The notes: generated by a model from the letters alone, not told the origin. DNA of 64,000 bases from an uncultured Acidobacteriaceae bacterium (GCA_963832465.1 CAWHUJ010000009.1:54095-118094); one strand, 5' to 3'; positions 18,309 to 29,027 are shown, counted from the stretch's first letter. Numbers and translations are program-made.

Positions 18309-18788
18309 ATGAATCTCTTCGGGATGATGGAGACGTCGGGTTCGGCGATGCAGGCCGAGCGCATGCGGGCAGAAGTCGTGGCGGCAAATATGGCCAATGC
18401 CGAAACGACAAGAACGGACTCGGGAGGTCCATATCGGCGGCAGATGGTGGTGTTCGCGGCAAACCAGGGCGATCCAACATTCGCCGACTCTCTGGTGAAT
18501 GTTTCTGGGGCCCTGGGCTCCTCCGAATTCAACGGTCTCGGCGCTCGCGCGGCTGCTCCAGGGGTGCATATTGCTCAGGTCGTCGAAGACACCGCGCCGC
18601 CATTGAAGCGGTACGATCCGAGCCACCCGGATGCAGGCTCGGACGGATATGTCGCGTATCCGGACATTAATCCCCTCACAGAAATGGTTGACCTGATGGG
18701 GGCAACGCGTGCCTATGGTTTGAATGGATCGGCAGTCCAGGCTGAGAAGACGATGATCACCTCGGCGCTGGATATCGCTAAGGCGTAG
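18309..18788 (+). CDS. flgC: Flagellar basal-body rod protein FlgC
   Basis: ANMANAETT, GPYRRQ, YDPSHPDA..DGYVAYPDIN..EMVDL. Confidence 0.95.
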   Translation: MNLFGMMETSGSAMQAERMRAEVVAANMANAETTRTDSGGPYRRQMVVFAANQGDPTFADSLVNVSGALGSSEFNGLGARAAAPGVHIAQVVEDTAPPLKRYDPSHPDAGSDGYVAYPDINPLTEMVDLMGATRAYGLNGSAVQAEKTMITSALDIAKA

Positions 18789-18834
18789 CCGTGTCCGGTC
18801 GGAACGATCTGAGTACGAGAGCGGGAGAGAAGAG

Positions 18835-19158
18835 ATGATTGATGGGATAACTGCAATGACTACGTCTGTCGGAGAATCCGGTGGCCTCAATGCAATCGGT
18901 CGCGGTTTTGATATCAATGTCTCGGCAAATTCAAGCAGAGTGCCCTTCGGCAACCTGTTCAGTGCCGCAGTTGGTCAGGTGGATGCGCTGGAGAAGCAGG
19001 CACGTGCCACGGTCACCGGGCTGATGACTGGTTCGGGCGTCGATGTGCATCAGGCGATGATTGCGACGCAAAAGGCCGACATGGCCTTCGAACTCGCGCT
19101 ATCCGTTCGAAACAAGGCCGTTCAGGCTTACCAGAGCGTGATGGGAATGCAGTTCTAG
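18835..19158 (+). CDS. fliE: Flagellar hook-basal body protein FliE
   Basis: DVHQAMIA.QKA..AFEL..VRNKAVQAYQ.VM.MQ. Confidence 0.93.
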   Translation: MIDGITAMTTSVGESGGLNAIGRGFDINVSANSSRVPFGNLFSAAVGQVDALEKQARATVTGLMTGSGVDVHQAMIATQKADMAFELALSVRNKAVQAYQSVMGMQF

Positions 19159-19179
19159 CTGAGAGCGAGATCTACTTGA

Positions 19180-20823
19180 ATGAACCAAACAGGAACACAA
19201 CTGGAGAAGGCGGCGATGCCTGGCGCAACGCCTTCGTCGCATGCCAGGCTGACTGCGCTTTGGACGCGTGCGCGGGTGGGCTGGGTCTCGATGACCGCAG
19301 CACAGCGTCGGGGAGCGATCGCCGCGGCAGCTTTGCTGATCGGGCTCGTCGTGGCGATCTCCTGGTTTGGTCTGCATACTGAGTGGCGGACACTCTATGC
19401 AGGGCTTGATCCCGATGATGCCCGTCAAACTGGCTTGACTCTCACACAGGCACAGATTCCCTTCGATCTCGGTGCGAACGGAACGTCGATCACCGTTCCC
19501 GCTCCCATGCTGGATAAGGCGAGGCTCGCGACTGCAGCCAAAGGAGGCGTGAAGAGCGGCCGCCTCGGTTTTGAGCTCTTCGACAAACCGAACTGGGTAG
19601 GGTCGGAGTTCGATGAGAAGGTGAACTACCAGCGGGCGCTCGAAGGCGAACTGGAGCACACCGTTGCAACCCTAACGGATGTTGAGTCAGCGCGTGTCCA
19701 CCTTGTGCTTCCTCATGACTCTCTCTTTCGAGATGACGAGCGGCCCGCCAAGGCCACGGTTGTGTTGAAGCTGCGCCGCGGGACCCTCGCGGATGGTGAA
19801 GCAGATTCCATTCGAAACCTGGTAGCCTCAGCAGTCGATGGGCTTGCGCCAGATCGCGTTGTTCTCGTTGATGCCGCCGGTCGTCTTCAGCTGGGACCGA
19901 AGACGGCAGCAGGCGAATTGCTACGGGCCGAACAAGCGCTCGAGGAGAAGCTGATCGCAACCTTAGAACCCGTGACCGGGGCGGGGAATGTGAGAGCTTC
20001 GGTCACGCTGGATTACGACGAGTCGAACAGCGAAGAGACGCAGGAAGTCTATGACCCAGAAAAGTCCGCGACACTCTCGATGCAGCGGACCGAACAATCA
20101 AGTGGCGGCCAGCCAGTCCCGGTTGGAGTGCCGGGCACGGCGTCCAATGCACCCAACTCCCAGGCTTTGCCAGTCTATCCAAAGCTGACTACGCCGCCAG
20201 AGAACTCCAAATCGGAGTCCGGCACCTATGGCGTCTCGAAGGATGTCCGGCACATCGTGCAATCTCCGGGGAGATTGCATCGGCTTACCGCAGCCATTGT
20301 GGTGAATGATCATCTTCTGCGGGCATCGTCCAAGAACGCTCCACAGTGGCAGCCCTGGTCTGCTGAACAACTGCGTCACCTGACGATGGTTGCGCAAGCG
20401 GCGGTGGGCTTCGATGCAGGTCGTGGCGACGTGGTGACAGTGGAGGATCTCGCATTCGACGACAACAGCACACCCAACAATTCCACATGGCCCGGCAGGG
20501 TTTTCGCGGTCGCTGAAAGTTCTCCAGTGCTCGTGAAATATCTGGCGTTAATCATCGGGGTGTTGCTGGTGCTCACATTTGGCGTCCGCCCGGCGCTGGG
20601 CCTGGTAGGGAGTGAGAGCGGGAGCACCAAAACGGAAGAGAGTGCGCGCGACTCGCAACCCGAGCTCAACACCGCACAACCCGTCCTGGAGAATCCTGAA
20701 CTACCTCCACTTGATCTCGAACGCCAGCAAGCACAGAAGATATTTGACCAGGTATCGGAACGGCTGAAGCGCGATCCAGCGCAGAGCACGAGGCTCTTGC
20801 AAAGCTGGATTCACTCTGAATAA
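19180..20823 (+). CDS. fliF: Flagellar MS-ring protein FliF
   Basis: GFELFD, YQRALEGELE.T, ARVHL, ASAVDGL, AVGFD..RGD.V.V; two TM segments. Confidence 0.93.
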   Translation: MNQTGTQLEKAAMPGATPSSHARLTALWTRARVGWVSMTAAQRRGAIAAAALLIGLVVAISWFGLHTEWRTLYAGLDPDDARQTGLTLTQAQIPFDLGANGTSITVPAPMLDKARLATAAKGGVKSGRLGFELFDKPNWVGSEFDEKVNYQRALEGELEHTVATLTDVESARVHLVLPHDSLFRDDERPAKATVVLKLRRGTLADGEADSIRNLVASAVDGLAPDRVVLVDAAGRLQLGPKTAAGELLRAEQALEEKLIATLEPVTGAGNVRASVTLDYDESNSEETQEVYDPEKSATLSMQRTEQSSGGQPVPVGVPGTASNAPNSQALPVYPKLTTPPENSKSESGTYGVSKDVRHIVQSPGRLHRLTAAIVVNDHLLRASSKNAPQWQPWSAEQLRHLTMVAQAAVGFDAGRGDVVTVEDLAFDDNSTPNNSTWPGRVFAVAESSPVLVKYLALIIGVLLVLTFGVRPALGLVGSESGSTKTEESARDSQPELNTAQPVLENPELPPLDLERQQAQKIFDQVSERLKRDPAQSTRLLQSWIHSE

Positions 20824-20893
20824 CAGACCGGCGATCCGGCTCGAAATCCGGGGCTGAAGGCGACGACAAGGGCAAATCGAGGGGGCTTGGATC

Positions 20894-21955
20894 TTGGCTG
20901 AACGAGATAGTGCAATTGAGACGAAGCGGCAACGATCGACCACCTTGAGCGGGACGCGCAAGGCAGCCGTGCTGCTGATGGCGGTGGGCGAAGAATTGGC
21001 CAAGGAGATTCTGCGCGCTCTGCCGGAAGCGGATGTGCAGCGGCTGACCGAGGAGCTGGCCGATCTGCGCGGGTGACTCGCCGGAGATGTCGACCGCAGA
21101 GGTTCTTGAAGAGTTCTGGGAGACTGCTCGAGACCCAGAACGTAGATGATGCACGGCGGCCTGGACTACGCCAGCCGGCTGCTGATGGAGACCTTCGGCA
21201 AGCAGCGCGCCGACGATCTGCTGATGCTGGTGCGGCGCTCGCAGGAGGCCGCGCAGGGCAACCTGGCGCAAGCTGCAGCGGACCGATCCCCAGCAACTGG
21301 GCAAGTTGCTCGACGCCGAGCACCCGCAGACCATTGCGCTGGTGCTGGCGCACCTCGATCCGCGGCGCGCCTCGCTGGTGCTGGACAACCTGAGCGAAGA
21401 GCACAAGGTGGTCTCGATCCAGCGACTGGCCGAGATGCGCCAGTTCTCGCCGGAGATGGCGCAGAAGGTGGCGCACATTCTGCATCGGCGCCTGGAAAAC
21501 GTGGGCGACACGGCGCGCAAGAGCTACTCCGGCTTCAAGGCGGTTGCCGACCTGCTGAACCGGGTGAATGCCGAGGAGGCGAAGAAGATTCTCGGAAACG
21601 ATCGAAGAGGGCCAGCCGGAGACTGGCGCTGAGCATTCGCAACCTGATGTTCACCTTCGAGGATCTGGTGACGGTGCCTGCCGCGAGACCATCCGCGAGA
21701 TCGTTTCCGGCGTCGACAAGCGGCAACTGGCGCTGGCCCTGCGCGGCGCCAACGAGGAGTTGCGGGCCCAGGTCTTCAAGGCCATGAGCTCGCGCGCCGT
21801 CGAGATGCTGAAGGAGGACATGGAGGTGCTGGGACCGGTGCGTTCGCGCGAGGTGGCGCAGGCGCAGCAGGAGATTCTGAACCTGGCGCGCCGGCTGGAG
21901 AGCCGAGGGCAAGGTGATTCTCAAGCTGGAAACCGGCGACGAGATGCTGGCATAA
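20894..21955 (+). pseudogene. fliG: Flagellar motor switch protein FliG with multiple frameshifts (likely assembly errors)
   Basis: RKAAVLLMAVGEE, GGLDYA, EHPQTIALVLAHL, MFTFEDL, AMSSRAVEML.EDME.LGPVR are spread over at least five frame switches; final stop TAA at 21953-21955. Confidence 0.85.
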
Positions 21956-21983
21956 AGGTGCCGGCGGAATCAAATTCTCGAGG

Positions 21984-22775
21984 ATGGAGCGGCACAAAGC
22001 TGCGATGAATAGTGCACTGCACACAGAAACGAAAGCTGCAACTGAAATTCAGGCGGTCATCTACCCCGTTGCCTCGTCGCCGCAGGCGAAACCCACATCC
22101 AATTCATGGCTGTCTCGAGGACATGATGTCACTTCGGCACACGACGGCGCAGACGCAGGAGTTGCTGAGAGTGCGGGAAGACAATTTGAGCTGCGGATCG
22201 CCGAGGAGACGCAAAAGAGCTTCGAGACGGGAAGAATTCGCGGCTTGCAGGAGGGAGCCCTGCATGAACGAGAGGCTCAGGAGGCGGCGCGTAAGTTTCG
22301 GGAAACGCGGCACACTGAACAGTTGGCAGTGCTCGTGCAGAAATTCGACGCGGAACGCGAGCACTATCTGCATGCGGTCGAGCGAGAAATTGTGGATCTT
22401 GCCTTAGCGATTGCGACGCGCATTCTGCGCCGGGAGGCTCAAATGGATCCCCTGCTCCTGACCGGCGCAGTTCGGGTCGCTCTCGGGCAACTCGCAGAAT
22501 CGACTGAGGCGCGCTTGCGGGTTCCCGCAGCGGAGCTTGAGCTATGGGAGGAAGCCATTGCGCACATCCCCAATCTAACTGTAAAGCCGAAGGTGCTTGC
22601 GGATGATGTTATGCGCTCCGGCGACCTCGTCATCGAAACTCAGGTAGGCTCGGCTAACCTCGGCATCGGCTCTCAACTCGGCGAAATCGAACGGGGCTTT
22701 TTCGACCGGAGTACTCACTCCAACCTGGAGACCACGGTAGGCAAGGAAAGGCGCTACGCGGGGACGAGAGAATGA
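21984..22775 (+). CDS. fliH: Flagellar assembly protein FliH
   Basis: G..RG..EG repeats, DLALAIA.RILRRE, GDLVIET..G; lies between fliG and fliI (alternative start 22005). Confidence 0.85.
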   Translation: MERHKAAMNSALHTETKAATEIQAVIYPVASSPQAKPTSNSWLSRGHDVTSAHDGADAGVAESAGRQFELRIAEETQKSFETGRIRGLQEGALHEREAQEAARKFRETRHTEQLAVLVQKFDAEREHYLHAVEREIVDLALAIATRILRREAQMDPLLLTGAVRVALGQLAESTEARLRVPAAELELWEEAIAHIPNLTVKPKVLADDVMRSGDLVIETQVGSANLGIGSQLGEIERGFFDRSTHSNLETTVGKERRYAGTRE

Positions 22776-24088
22776 ACAACGCGCTGCTGAACCGCTATTT
22801 CACACGACTGAGCCGCGGACAGCCCTGGCGCTGGCAAGGAGAAGTGCTCGAATCGATAGGTCAGACAATCGAATCGGCTGGACCATTGGCCTCCGTGGGC
22901 GAGTGTTGCGAGATCGTTGATCGGTCGGGCCGCGTCCATCTGGCTGAGGTAGTCGGCTTTCGTGGCACGAACGTTCTGACGATGCCTGTCGACACCACGG
23001 ACGGGATTCGTTACGGCGATCGTGTGATCGCGCTAGGATCCCACCCCGAGATAGAAACCGGATCAGGTCTATTGGGCCGAGTGCTGAATGCACTGGGTCA
23101 GCCAATTGACGGCGGTCGACCACCGGTGGCGAGAGAGAGCCATTCTCTGGATGGAGAACTACGTTCGCCCCTTGAGCGTGTCCCCATTCGCAACGTACTT
23201 GGCACCGGAATTCGCGCGATCGACGGGCTGCTGACAGTGGGCCGCGGTCAGCGTGTGGGCATCTTTGGCGGATCCGGCGTCGGAAAGAGCACGCTGATTG
23301 GCATGATGACGCGTAACACAGAAGCCGATGTCACAGTTGTGGGTCTTGTGGGGGAGCGAGGACGGGAAGTTGGCGAGTTTCTTGAAGACTCGCTCGGGGC
23401 GGATGGCCGGGCACGTTCAGTAGTTGTGGTTTCAACTTCAGATCAATCTCCTCTGATGCGCATGCGCGCAGCGCTTGCCGCAACCACGGTCGCAGAGGCC
23501 TTTGCGGAGGAGGGAAAACATGTGCTGCTGGTGTTGGATTCGCTGACTCGATTCGCGATGGCTGCACGGGAAATTGGGCTGGCGGCAGGTGAGCCGCCAA
23601 CCTCAAAGGGCTACACGCCCTCGGTCTTCGCGCGCCTTGCAAGGCTGGTGGAGAGAACGGGGAACTTTCAATGCGGTTCGATCACCGCGTTCTATACCGT
23701 CCTGATGGAAGGAGACGATCAGCAAGACCCGCTTGTGGACGCGGTGCGGTCGCTGCTGGACGGACACATAGTGCTCTCACGCACTCTTGCCTCAGAGGGA
23801 TGGTATCCGCCCATCCAGGTGCTGGATTCCGTCAGCCGGCTGATGCCCGCGGTTGCTCAACCGGCGCATCGTGAAGAAGCGGGTGTTCTACGACGGCTAT
23901 TGGCTGTTTACGAACGATCGGCAGACCTTGTGAGAATAGGTGCCTATAAGGCAGGTGCCGATAACGATCTGGATCGTGCGCTGCGGTCGCGCGGAGCTAT
24001 CCGAAGCTTTCTAGCTCAGGCCTCCGGCGAAAAGGCCGCATCCGAGGACACTCTGCGAAAGCTCAGCGCCCTGGCAGCCCAGGTGTAG
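22772..24088 (+). CDS. fliI: Flagellar export ATPase FliI
   Basis: GGSGVGKST, LVGERGREV, DSLTRFAMA.REIGLAAGEPP.SKGY, LDGHIVLSR. Confidence 0.96.
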   Translation: MNNALLNRYFTRLSRGQPWRWQGEVLESIGQTIESAGPLASVGECCEIVDRSGRVHLAEVVGFRGTNVLTMPVDTTDGIRYGDRVIALGSHPEIETGSGLLGRVLNALGQPIDGGRPPVARESHSLDGELRSPLERVPIRNVLGTGIRAIDGLLTVGRGQRVGIFGGSGVGKSTLIGMMTRNTEADVTVVGLVGERGREVGEFLEDSLGADGRARSVVVVSTSDQSPLMRMRAALAATTVAEAFAEEGKHVLLVLDSLTRFAMAAREIGLAAGEPPTSKGYTPSVFARLARLVERTGNFQCGSITAFYTVLMEGDDQQDPLVDAVRSLLDGHIVLSRTLASEGWYPPIQVLDSVSRLMPAVAQPAHREEAGVLRRLLAVYERSADLVRIGAYKAGADNDLDRALRSRGAIRSFLAQASGEKAASEDTLRKLSALAAQV

Positions 24089-24091
24089 CCC

Positions 24092-24514
24092 ATGCCACTC
24101 TCTAACTCTCTCCGCCGCTTATTGCGCATTCGTGTACTGCAGGAGGAACAAGAACGGTTGGCGCTTGAAGCTGCGTTGAGTGAAGCAGACAGGGTTCGTT
24201 CGGCACTGGAATTCTGCGCGCAACGCGGGAAAGACGGGAGGCTTGTGCTCACCAGCGGGGCGCAGTCGGGAGAGTTGACCGACAGGATTGCGGGGCTCGA
24301 AGAGATCAAGTTGGCGGATCACGCGCGAGAAGCACTACAGGTGCGGGTCGCCGAAGTGGAGAGAAAGGCCGTAATCCTTCGCGAGAACTTCATTGCCTCC
24401 CGGACCCTTCGCCGTCAGACAGAGACGTTGGTTGAGGAGCGGGAAAAGCGCACAGAGCGTGAAGAGGAGCGCCGCCGACAGCAGGATCTGGACGATTGGC
24501 ACGGCTCTCGCTGA
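24092..24514 (+). CDS. fliJ: Flagellar FliJ-like protein
   Basis: Coiled-coil protein directly after fliI with C-terminal RRRQQDLDD. Confidence 0.7.
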   Translation: MPLSNSLRRLLRIRVLQEEQERLALEAALSEADRVRSALEFCAQRGKDGRLVLTSGAQSGELTDRIAGLEEIKLADHAREALQVRVAEVERKAVILRENFIASRTLRRQTETLVEEREKRTEREEERRRQQDLDDWHGSR

Positions 24515-24562
24515 CGAGCGGCAGATCATTGTGAACCTTCTCTAACCTTCTCCCAGTGAGAT

Positions 24563-24577
24563 TGGCCACAATTCTGC
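24563..24577 (+). promoter_or_regulatory. sigma54 -24/-12 promoter of fliK-flgD-flgE
   Basis: TGG-CCACAATTCT-GC (GG-N10-GC); closely similar to the site upstream of flgF. Confidence 0.7.
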
Positions 24578-24589
24578 TTTCACCCAAGC

Positions 24590-26170
24590 ATGGATCCAGC
24601 AACACCGAATATCCACGGCATCTTGTCGAGTGTGGTTAAAGGATCGGGCAGATTGCCGGCCACAATCGCTGGACACCAAACAACTGAGGCTCCGGCCGGA
24701 ACCGCTGCAAGGAGTTTTCGAAGTCGTGTGGAGGCTCTTGTTGATCTCAGCGAACCAATCGGCTCCAACGCGAACGCCATAAGTTCGAAAAGCTCTCACC
24801 CTACGAAAGTCGCTGGCTCGAACAGTGACGATCAAACGACGCACGCTGCTGCGAGGCGCAGGCATTCCGCGAGCCATGCCTTAACGGAAAAGGAAGCCCG
24901 GAAAGCAGACCGCAGAAACTTGCCCGAGGCATTGCCGATCAACACTCTTCCCAATGCGCCTGTTTTGGCAGTCGCTACAGGTCAGGGCGTGCAAGCTGAA
25001 CCGCAGCGCACTTCGACCGCTGGCAAAGATGATCCCCGAGTTTCGCTTTCGATTCCGTCGCTTTTCACGTCAGACGCGCAACTGGACGGTGTGAACTTAC
25101 CGGAGGACAAAATGCCGGGGCCAACAAGCTTCGATCCTCTGCCGGCGGCGAAACTGGAAGCGCAAGTAGTGCGCCCTGTCCCGGTAGATTCGCTTTCAAA
25201 TGAAAGCCTGCCAGACGCCATAACCTCAGTTCAAGCGCAAAACGTTATCACCGAGCCGGCTCAAGCAGAGACTCGCATTGCGGCTCCGCGGGAAGGCGCT
25301 TCTGTAGCCAGCGATGTCTTGTCCGGCAAGCGATCAATAAGCGCCGCAGCAGAGCCTACAAACGCACTTACTGAAACAATGAGGAGTTCGACTCGAGCCA
25401 CGCAGCTCTCAAGCACAGAATCAAGTGTTGCGTATCAGAGTTCTCTTGCGGAGCCGACGCATATCACGCGTCCAGTTTCTGCACCTTCCGGATTGCGCAA
25501 GGACGCAGCTCTCACCGGACCAGCGGCTCAACCTAACGCGGGGACCCAGCCAGCTTATTCCTTCATCCAGAGTCCATTTGCGGCGCACGAATCCACCGTG
25601 GAACAAAGCGGAGCGAGAGCGGGGAATCTATCGTCCGGCGATCTCACATCCGCTCTTAGACAGACGTTCACGACTATGGATAGCACCGTCAGTGCGCGCA
25701 CGGCATCCTCGATGCACGCGGAAAGAGGCAGCGTGGAGGCCGGCTTTGATGATCCGGCACTCGGCTGGATCGGCGTGCGCGCTGAACTGGGACATTCAGG
25801 CATTCATGCGAGCGTAGTGCCAGATTCGACTTCGGCAGAAGAATCTCTTCGCGCGCATCTGTCAGGCTTAAGCGACTATCTAGCCGAACGCCACGCTCCG
25901 ATTGAAACTCTCACAGTGACCGCCTCCGCTGGTCAATCGATTGCTCAATGGAGCGGAGATGCCCATAAGCAGGGGAGCGAGGGCCAAAGCGCGGGACAGC
26001 ACGGAAGAGAGGACACGCAAGGCAAGGGATCCGGCGGCGATCGAGGTACAGCCAAAAGCGATTCGGCACCAGACACACGCAGTTCATTCACATCGAGGGC
26101 GTCCACATCTACCGCGTCATCGCCGTGGTTTGACTCCTCGGGTGGTAGATCCATCTCGCTAATAGCCTGA
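24590..26170 (+). CDS. fliK: Probable flagellar hook-length control protein FliK
   Basis: Long S/A/T/P-rich low-complexity N-region plus C-terminal EAGFDDPALGWIGVRA..IHASV domain; position before flgD. Confidence 0.65.
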   Translation: MDPATPNIHGILSSVVKGSGRLPATIAGHQTTEAPAGTAARSFRSRVEALVDLSEPIGSNANAISSKSSHPTKVAGSNSDDQTTHAAARRRHSASHALTEKEARKADRRNLPEALPINTLPNAPVLAVATGQGVQAEPQRTSTAGKDDPRVSLSIPSLFTSDAQLDGVNLPEDKMPGPTSFDPLPAAKLEAQVVRPVPVDSLSNESLPDAITSVQAQNVITEPAQAETRIAAPREGASVASDVLSGKRSISAAAEPTNALTETMRSSTRATQLSSTESSVAYQSSLAEPTHITRPVSAPSGLRKDAALTGPAAQPNAGTQPAYSFIQSPFAAHESTVEQSGARAGNLSSGDLTSALRQTFTTMDSTVSARTASSMHAERGSVEAGFDDPALGWIGVRAELGHSGIHASVVPDSTSAEESLRAHLSGLSDYLAERHAPIETLTVTASAGQSIAQWSGDAHKQGSEGQSAGQHGREDTQGKGSGGDRGTAKSDSAPDTRSSFTSRASTSTASSPWFDSSGGRSISLIA

Positions 26171-26210
26171 CGGACGCTGGAAACAGCAATTTAAGAAAGA
26201 AGGAGGACTG

Positions 26211-26711
26211 ATGACAGCTGTTGCACTGCACAACAACCCCGCAAATGTACACGCGTTGCCGGGGCTGAGAGCGATGGATGCGCAATCGGGCGGTCAAACG
26301 TCGTCGGACGGGGCAACAATCTCCGCGAACGACTTTCTCACCCTGCTCGTAACAGAGATGCAGAATCAGGATCCTACAGCGAATACGGATCCTAACGAGT
26401 ACATCAACCAGCTGGTCAATGTAAATAGCCTTGAACAGCTGATCTCGATTAATCAGACGCTTTCAACGGCGATTGGATCATCAACTACATCATCGACGGG
26501 CGATGTAGCGAGCCGCGGAGGCGACGCGGCTCATGCAGCGGCAAATGGTGCTGCTGCTGCACCTGCTGAAGCAATTGCCGCGCCTGCTGCTTCGAGAGTC
26601 CATGCAGTGCCAGGCAATCTCAGTATTCCGCCAATGAATCCTTCAGCGCAACGCGTAGCAAGCTCACTAACTAACAATCACGCTGTAAGCGTTCAGCATC
26701 CGGCATCTTGA
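26211..26711 (+). CDS. flgD: Flagellar hook cap FlgD
   Basis: DFLTLLVTEMQNQDP...QL...SLEQL. Confidence 0.9.
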   Translation: MTAVALHNNPANVHALPGLRAMDAQSGGQTSSDGATISANDFLTLLVTEMQNQDPTANTDPNEYINQLVNVNSLEQLISINQTLSTAIGSSTTSSTGDVASRGGDAAHAAANGAAAAPAEAIAAPAASRVHAVPGNLSIPPMNPSAQRVASSLTNNHAVSVQHPAS

Positions 26712-26748
26712 CCCACCGGTTCAAATCAGATCCAGGAGGAGTTTCTCA

Positions 26749-28026
26749 ATGGCAAGTTTTTCGATTCCACTGACCGGGCTCAACGCCGATTCGACGGCGT
26801 TGAACACGATCGCAAATGACCTGTCCAATATGAGCACAACTGCGTTCAAATCTCAGTCGACCAATTTCGCCGATCTCTTCTATCAGCAAGTCGGCTCAAC
26901 GGGCTCAGGTGATCCGATTCAGGTGGGCGCGGGCGTGCAAGTGGCCACCAACGAGACCGACTTCACGCAAGGCTCGATCAATTCAACAGGAAGCGCGACC
27001 GATGTTGCGCTCGATGGCAACGGCTTCTTTGTTGTCGGCAACGGCGACGGCTCTTACGAGTTCACGAGAGCAGGGAACTTCTCTCTCACTTCAAGTGGCA
27101 ATCTCGTTACAACGAATGGACTCGGAGTGATGGGTTACCCGGCGGTCAATGGAGCGGTAAACACCAATGCTCCGCTAACTGCAATCAGCATTCCTGTGGG
27201 CCAGGTGCAGCAACCACAGGTAACAACCACCCTGAACATGACCGCAAATCTAGATGCGACCGCGGCGAGCGGCACAAGCTTTCCTGGCCAGGTAACCGTG
27301 TACGACTCGCTTGGCGTACCGCACATCGCAACAGTGACCTACACGCAGACCGCAGCAAACACCTGGAGCTATTCTGCGGCCTTGCCGGCTTCGGATTTCG
27401 CCTCTGGCGTATCGACGCCCATTGCCGGCACGATGAACTTCGATTCATCGGGCAATCTCGCTTCAATTACGACCGGCGGCGTCACGACAACCGTTGGTAC
27501 AGGAACCGGAAACATTTCTTCGATTCCACTGAGCTTCACCGGGCTGGCTGATGGCGCGGCAGATCTGAACATGAACTGGAATCTTCTTTCGTCGAGCGGC
27601 GCGCCCACGATCAGCCAGGTAAACGCGGCGTCGGCGGTGTCTGCAACCACGCAGGATGGCTATGCTCCGGGCCAATATCAGAGCTTCTCAATCGCTTCGG
27701 ATGGAACGGTGACGGTTTCCTATTCCAACGGACAGAAGCAGAATGTAGGCCAGTTGGCACTCGCAAATGTCACCAACGAGCAGGGTCTGAAGATGTTGGG
27801 CAATGGCGATTACGCAACCACACTGGCCAGCGGTACTGCGTCCATTGGGACCTCAGGCACCGCCGGGCTGGGAACTTTGCAGGATGGGGCGCTCGAACAG
27901 TCGAACGTCAATATATCGGCAGAATTCTCCAACCTTATTGTCGCGCAGCGCGCCTTTGAGGCGAATTCAAAAGCAGTCACCACGTTCGATACGGTAACGC
28001 AGGAAACCATCAACATGATTCACTAA
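26749..28026 (+). CDS. flgE: Flagellar hook protein FlgE
   Basis: IANDLSN.ST.AFK, DVALDGNGFF, TRAGNF, VYDSLG, LEQSNVN...EF..LIVAQRAFEANSK. Confidence 0.95.
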   Translation: MASFSIPLTGLNADSTALNTIANDLSNMSTTAFKSQSTNFADLFYQQVGSTGSGDPIQVGAGVQVATNETDFTQGSINSTGSATDVALDGNGFFVVGNGDGSYEFTRAGNFSLTSSGNLVTTNGLGVMGYPAVNGAVNTNAPLTAISIPVGQVQQPQVTTTLNMTANLDATAASGTSFPGQVTVYDSLGVPHIATVTYTQTAANTWSYSAALPASDFASGVSTPIAGTMNFDSSGNLASITTGGVTTTVGTGTGNISSIPLSFTGLADGAADLNMNWNLLSSSGAPTISQVNAASAVSATTQDGYAPGQYQSFSIASDGTVTVSYSNGQKQNVGQLALANVTNEQGLKMLGNGDYATTLASGTASIGTSGTAGLGTLQDGALEQSNVNISAEFSNLIVAQRAFEANSKAVTTFDTVTQETINMIH

Positions 28027-28155
28027 GGCAGTACAACATCCCGCAGACGGTGCGTCGCATCGGTCTGCGGGAGTTTCAAGAATCCAGCGCGATCCTCCTC
28101 CGCCTGCTACCATTTGCGTTAATTCCTTCTCATCCCCGATGTTCCGGAGAACAAC

Positions 28156-29021
28156 TTGCGCATCTTGTCGGTAGCGTTTCTCTCCTTGTTCCTATCGAGC
28201 GCTGTCGCCGCGCAACAATCAACTCCGGCTTCAATCTACACCGATCCGGCGGCGGATGCGGCTCATCCCGCGGCGATGGCAGTGCTTCATATTCCGAGCC
28301 ATGGCGTCTTGATCAACGGCATCGTTTATCAGCCCGCAGAAGCCGGACCGCATTCAACGCTTGTTATCTGTCATGGGCTACCAGGCAACGAAAAGAATCT
28401 CGATCTGGCGCAGGCGGTGAGGCGCGCCGCGTGGAATGCGGTCACCTTTAACTATCGAGGCTCGTGGGGGAGTCCAGGACAGTACAGCTTCGCGCACAAC
28501 CTGGAAGACGCGGCGTCTGTGATCGCTTACTTGCGGAACCCTGCCAACGCTACCCGGCTCGGCATCGATCCCAACCAAATTGTTATCGCAGGCCACAGCA
28601 TGGGCGGTTGGGTAGCCGCCAAGACGGCAGCGCGAGATCATGGCCTGAAGGGCCTCATCCTGATCAGTGCTGCTGACATGGGCGCCATGGGGTCACAATC
28701 GCGTTCGGAGGTCACAGCCTGATGGCTGACAATATGGAAAGTCTGCACGGTGTGACACCAGAGAGCATGGCGGACGAGGTGATTTCGCACTCCGCCGATT
28801 TCGGGCTCGCTGGATCAGTCGATGGCCTGGTATCCGTCCCGCTTCTCGTTCTGTCTGCGGACGATGGACTTGCGCCGCAGACGGATGCGCTGACACATGC
28901 GATCGCGCGTGCGGGAGGAAAGCGTATTCAATCGATTCACGCTGCGACTGATCACGGCTGGTCAGACCATCGTATCTTTCTCGAATCGGCGGTCATCAAC
29001 TGGCTGAACGAGTTCAATTGA
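28156..29021 (+). pseudogene. Secreted alpha/beta hydrolase with one frameshift at ~28720
   Basis: Signal peptide, CHGLPGNE, NYRGSWGS, GHSMGG nucleophile. The C-terminal part (..DDG..TDHGWSDHR) is in ORF 28722-29021; adding one C gives GCC CTG ATG. Confidence 0.75.
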
Positions 29022-29027
29022 CCACCG

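Noticed and set aside
20666-21520. Long antisense ORFs over fliG (likewise 62014-62958, 49424-50125, 39286-39972)
   Set aside because: Shadow ORFs of GC-rich coding sequence with no recognisable protein features.
20894-21955. Programmed frameshifting or phase variation of fliG, flgG or pnp
   Set aside because: Too many scattered indels, no slippery heptamers or long repeat tracts at the breaks; an artefact is more parsimonious.
22772-24088. fliI/fliH/fliF as an injectisome-type T3SS
   Set aside because: Embedded among rod, hook, ring and motor-switch genes, so clearly flagellar.
28716-28725. TGA/ATG overlap suggesting two coupled genes or stop-codon recoding in the hydrolase
   Set aside because: The downstream part is in a different frame, and one added C restores a single alpha/beta hydrolase; consistent with the other indel errors.
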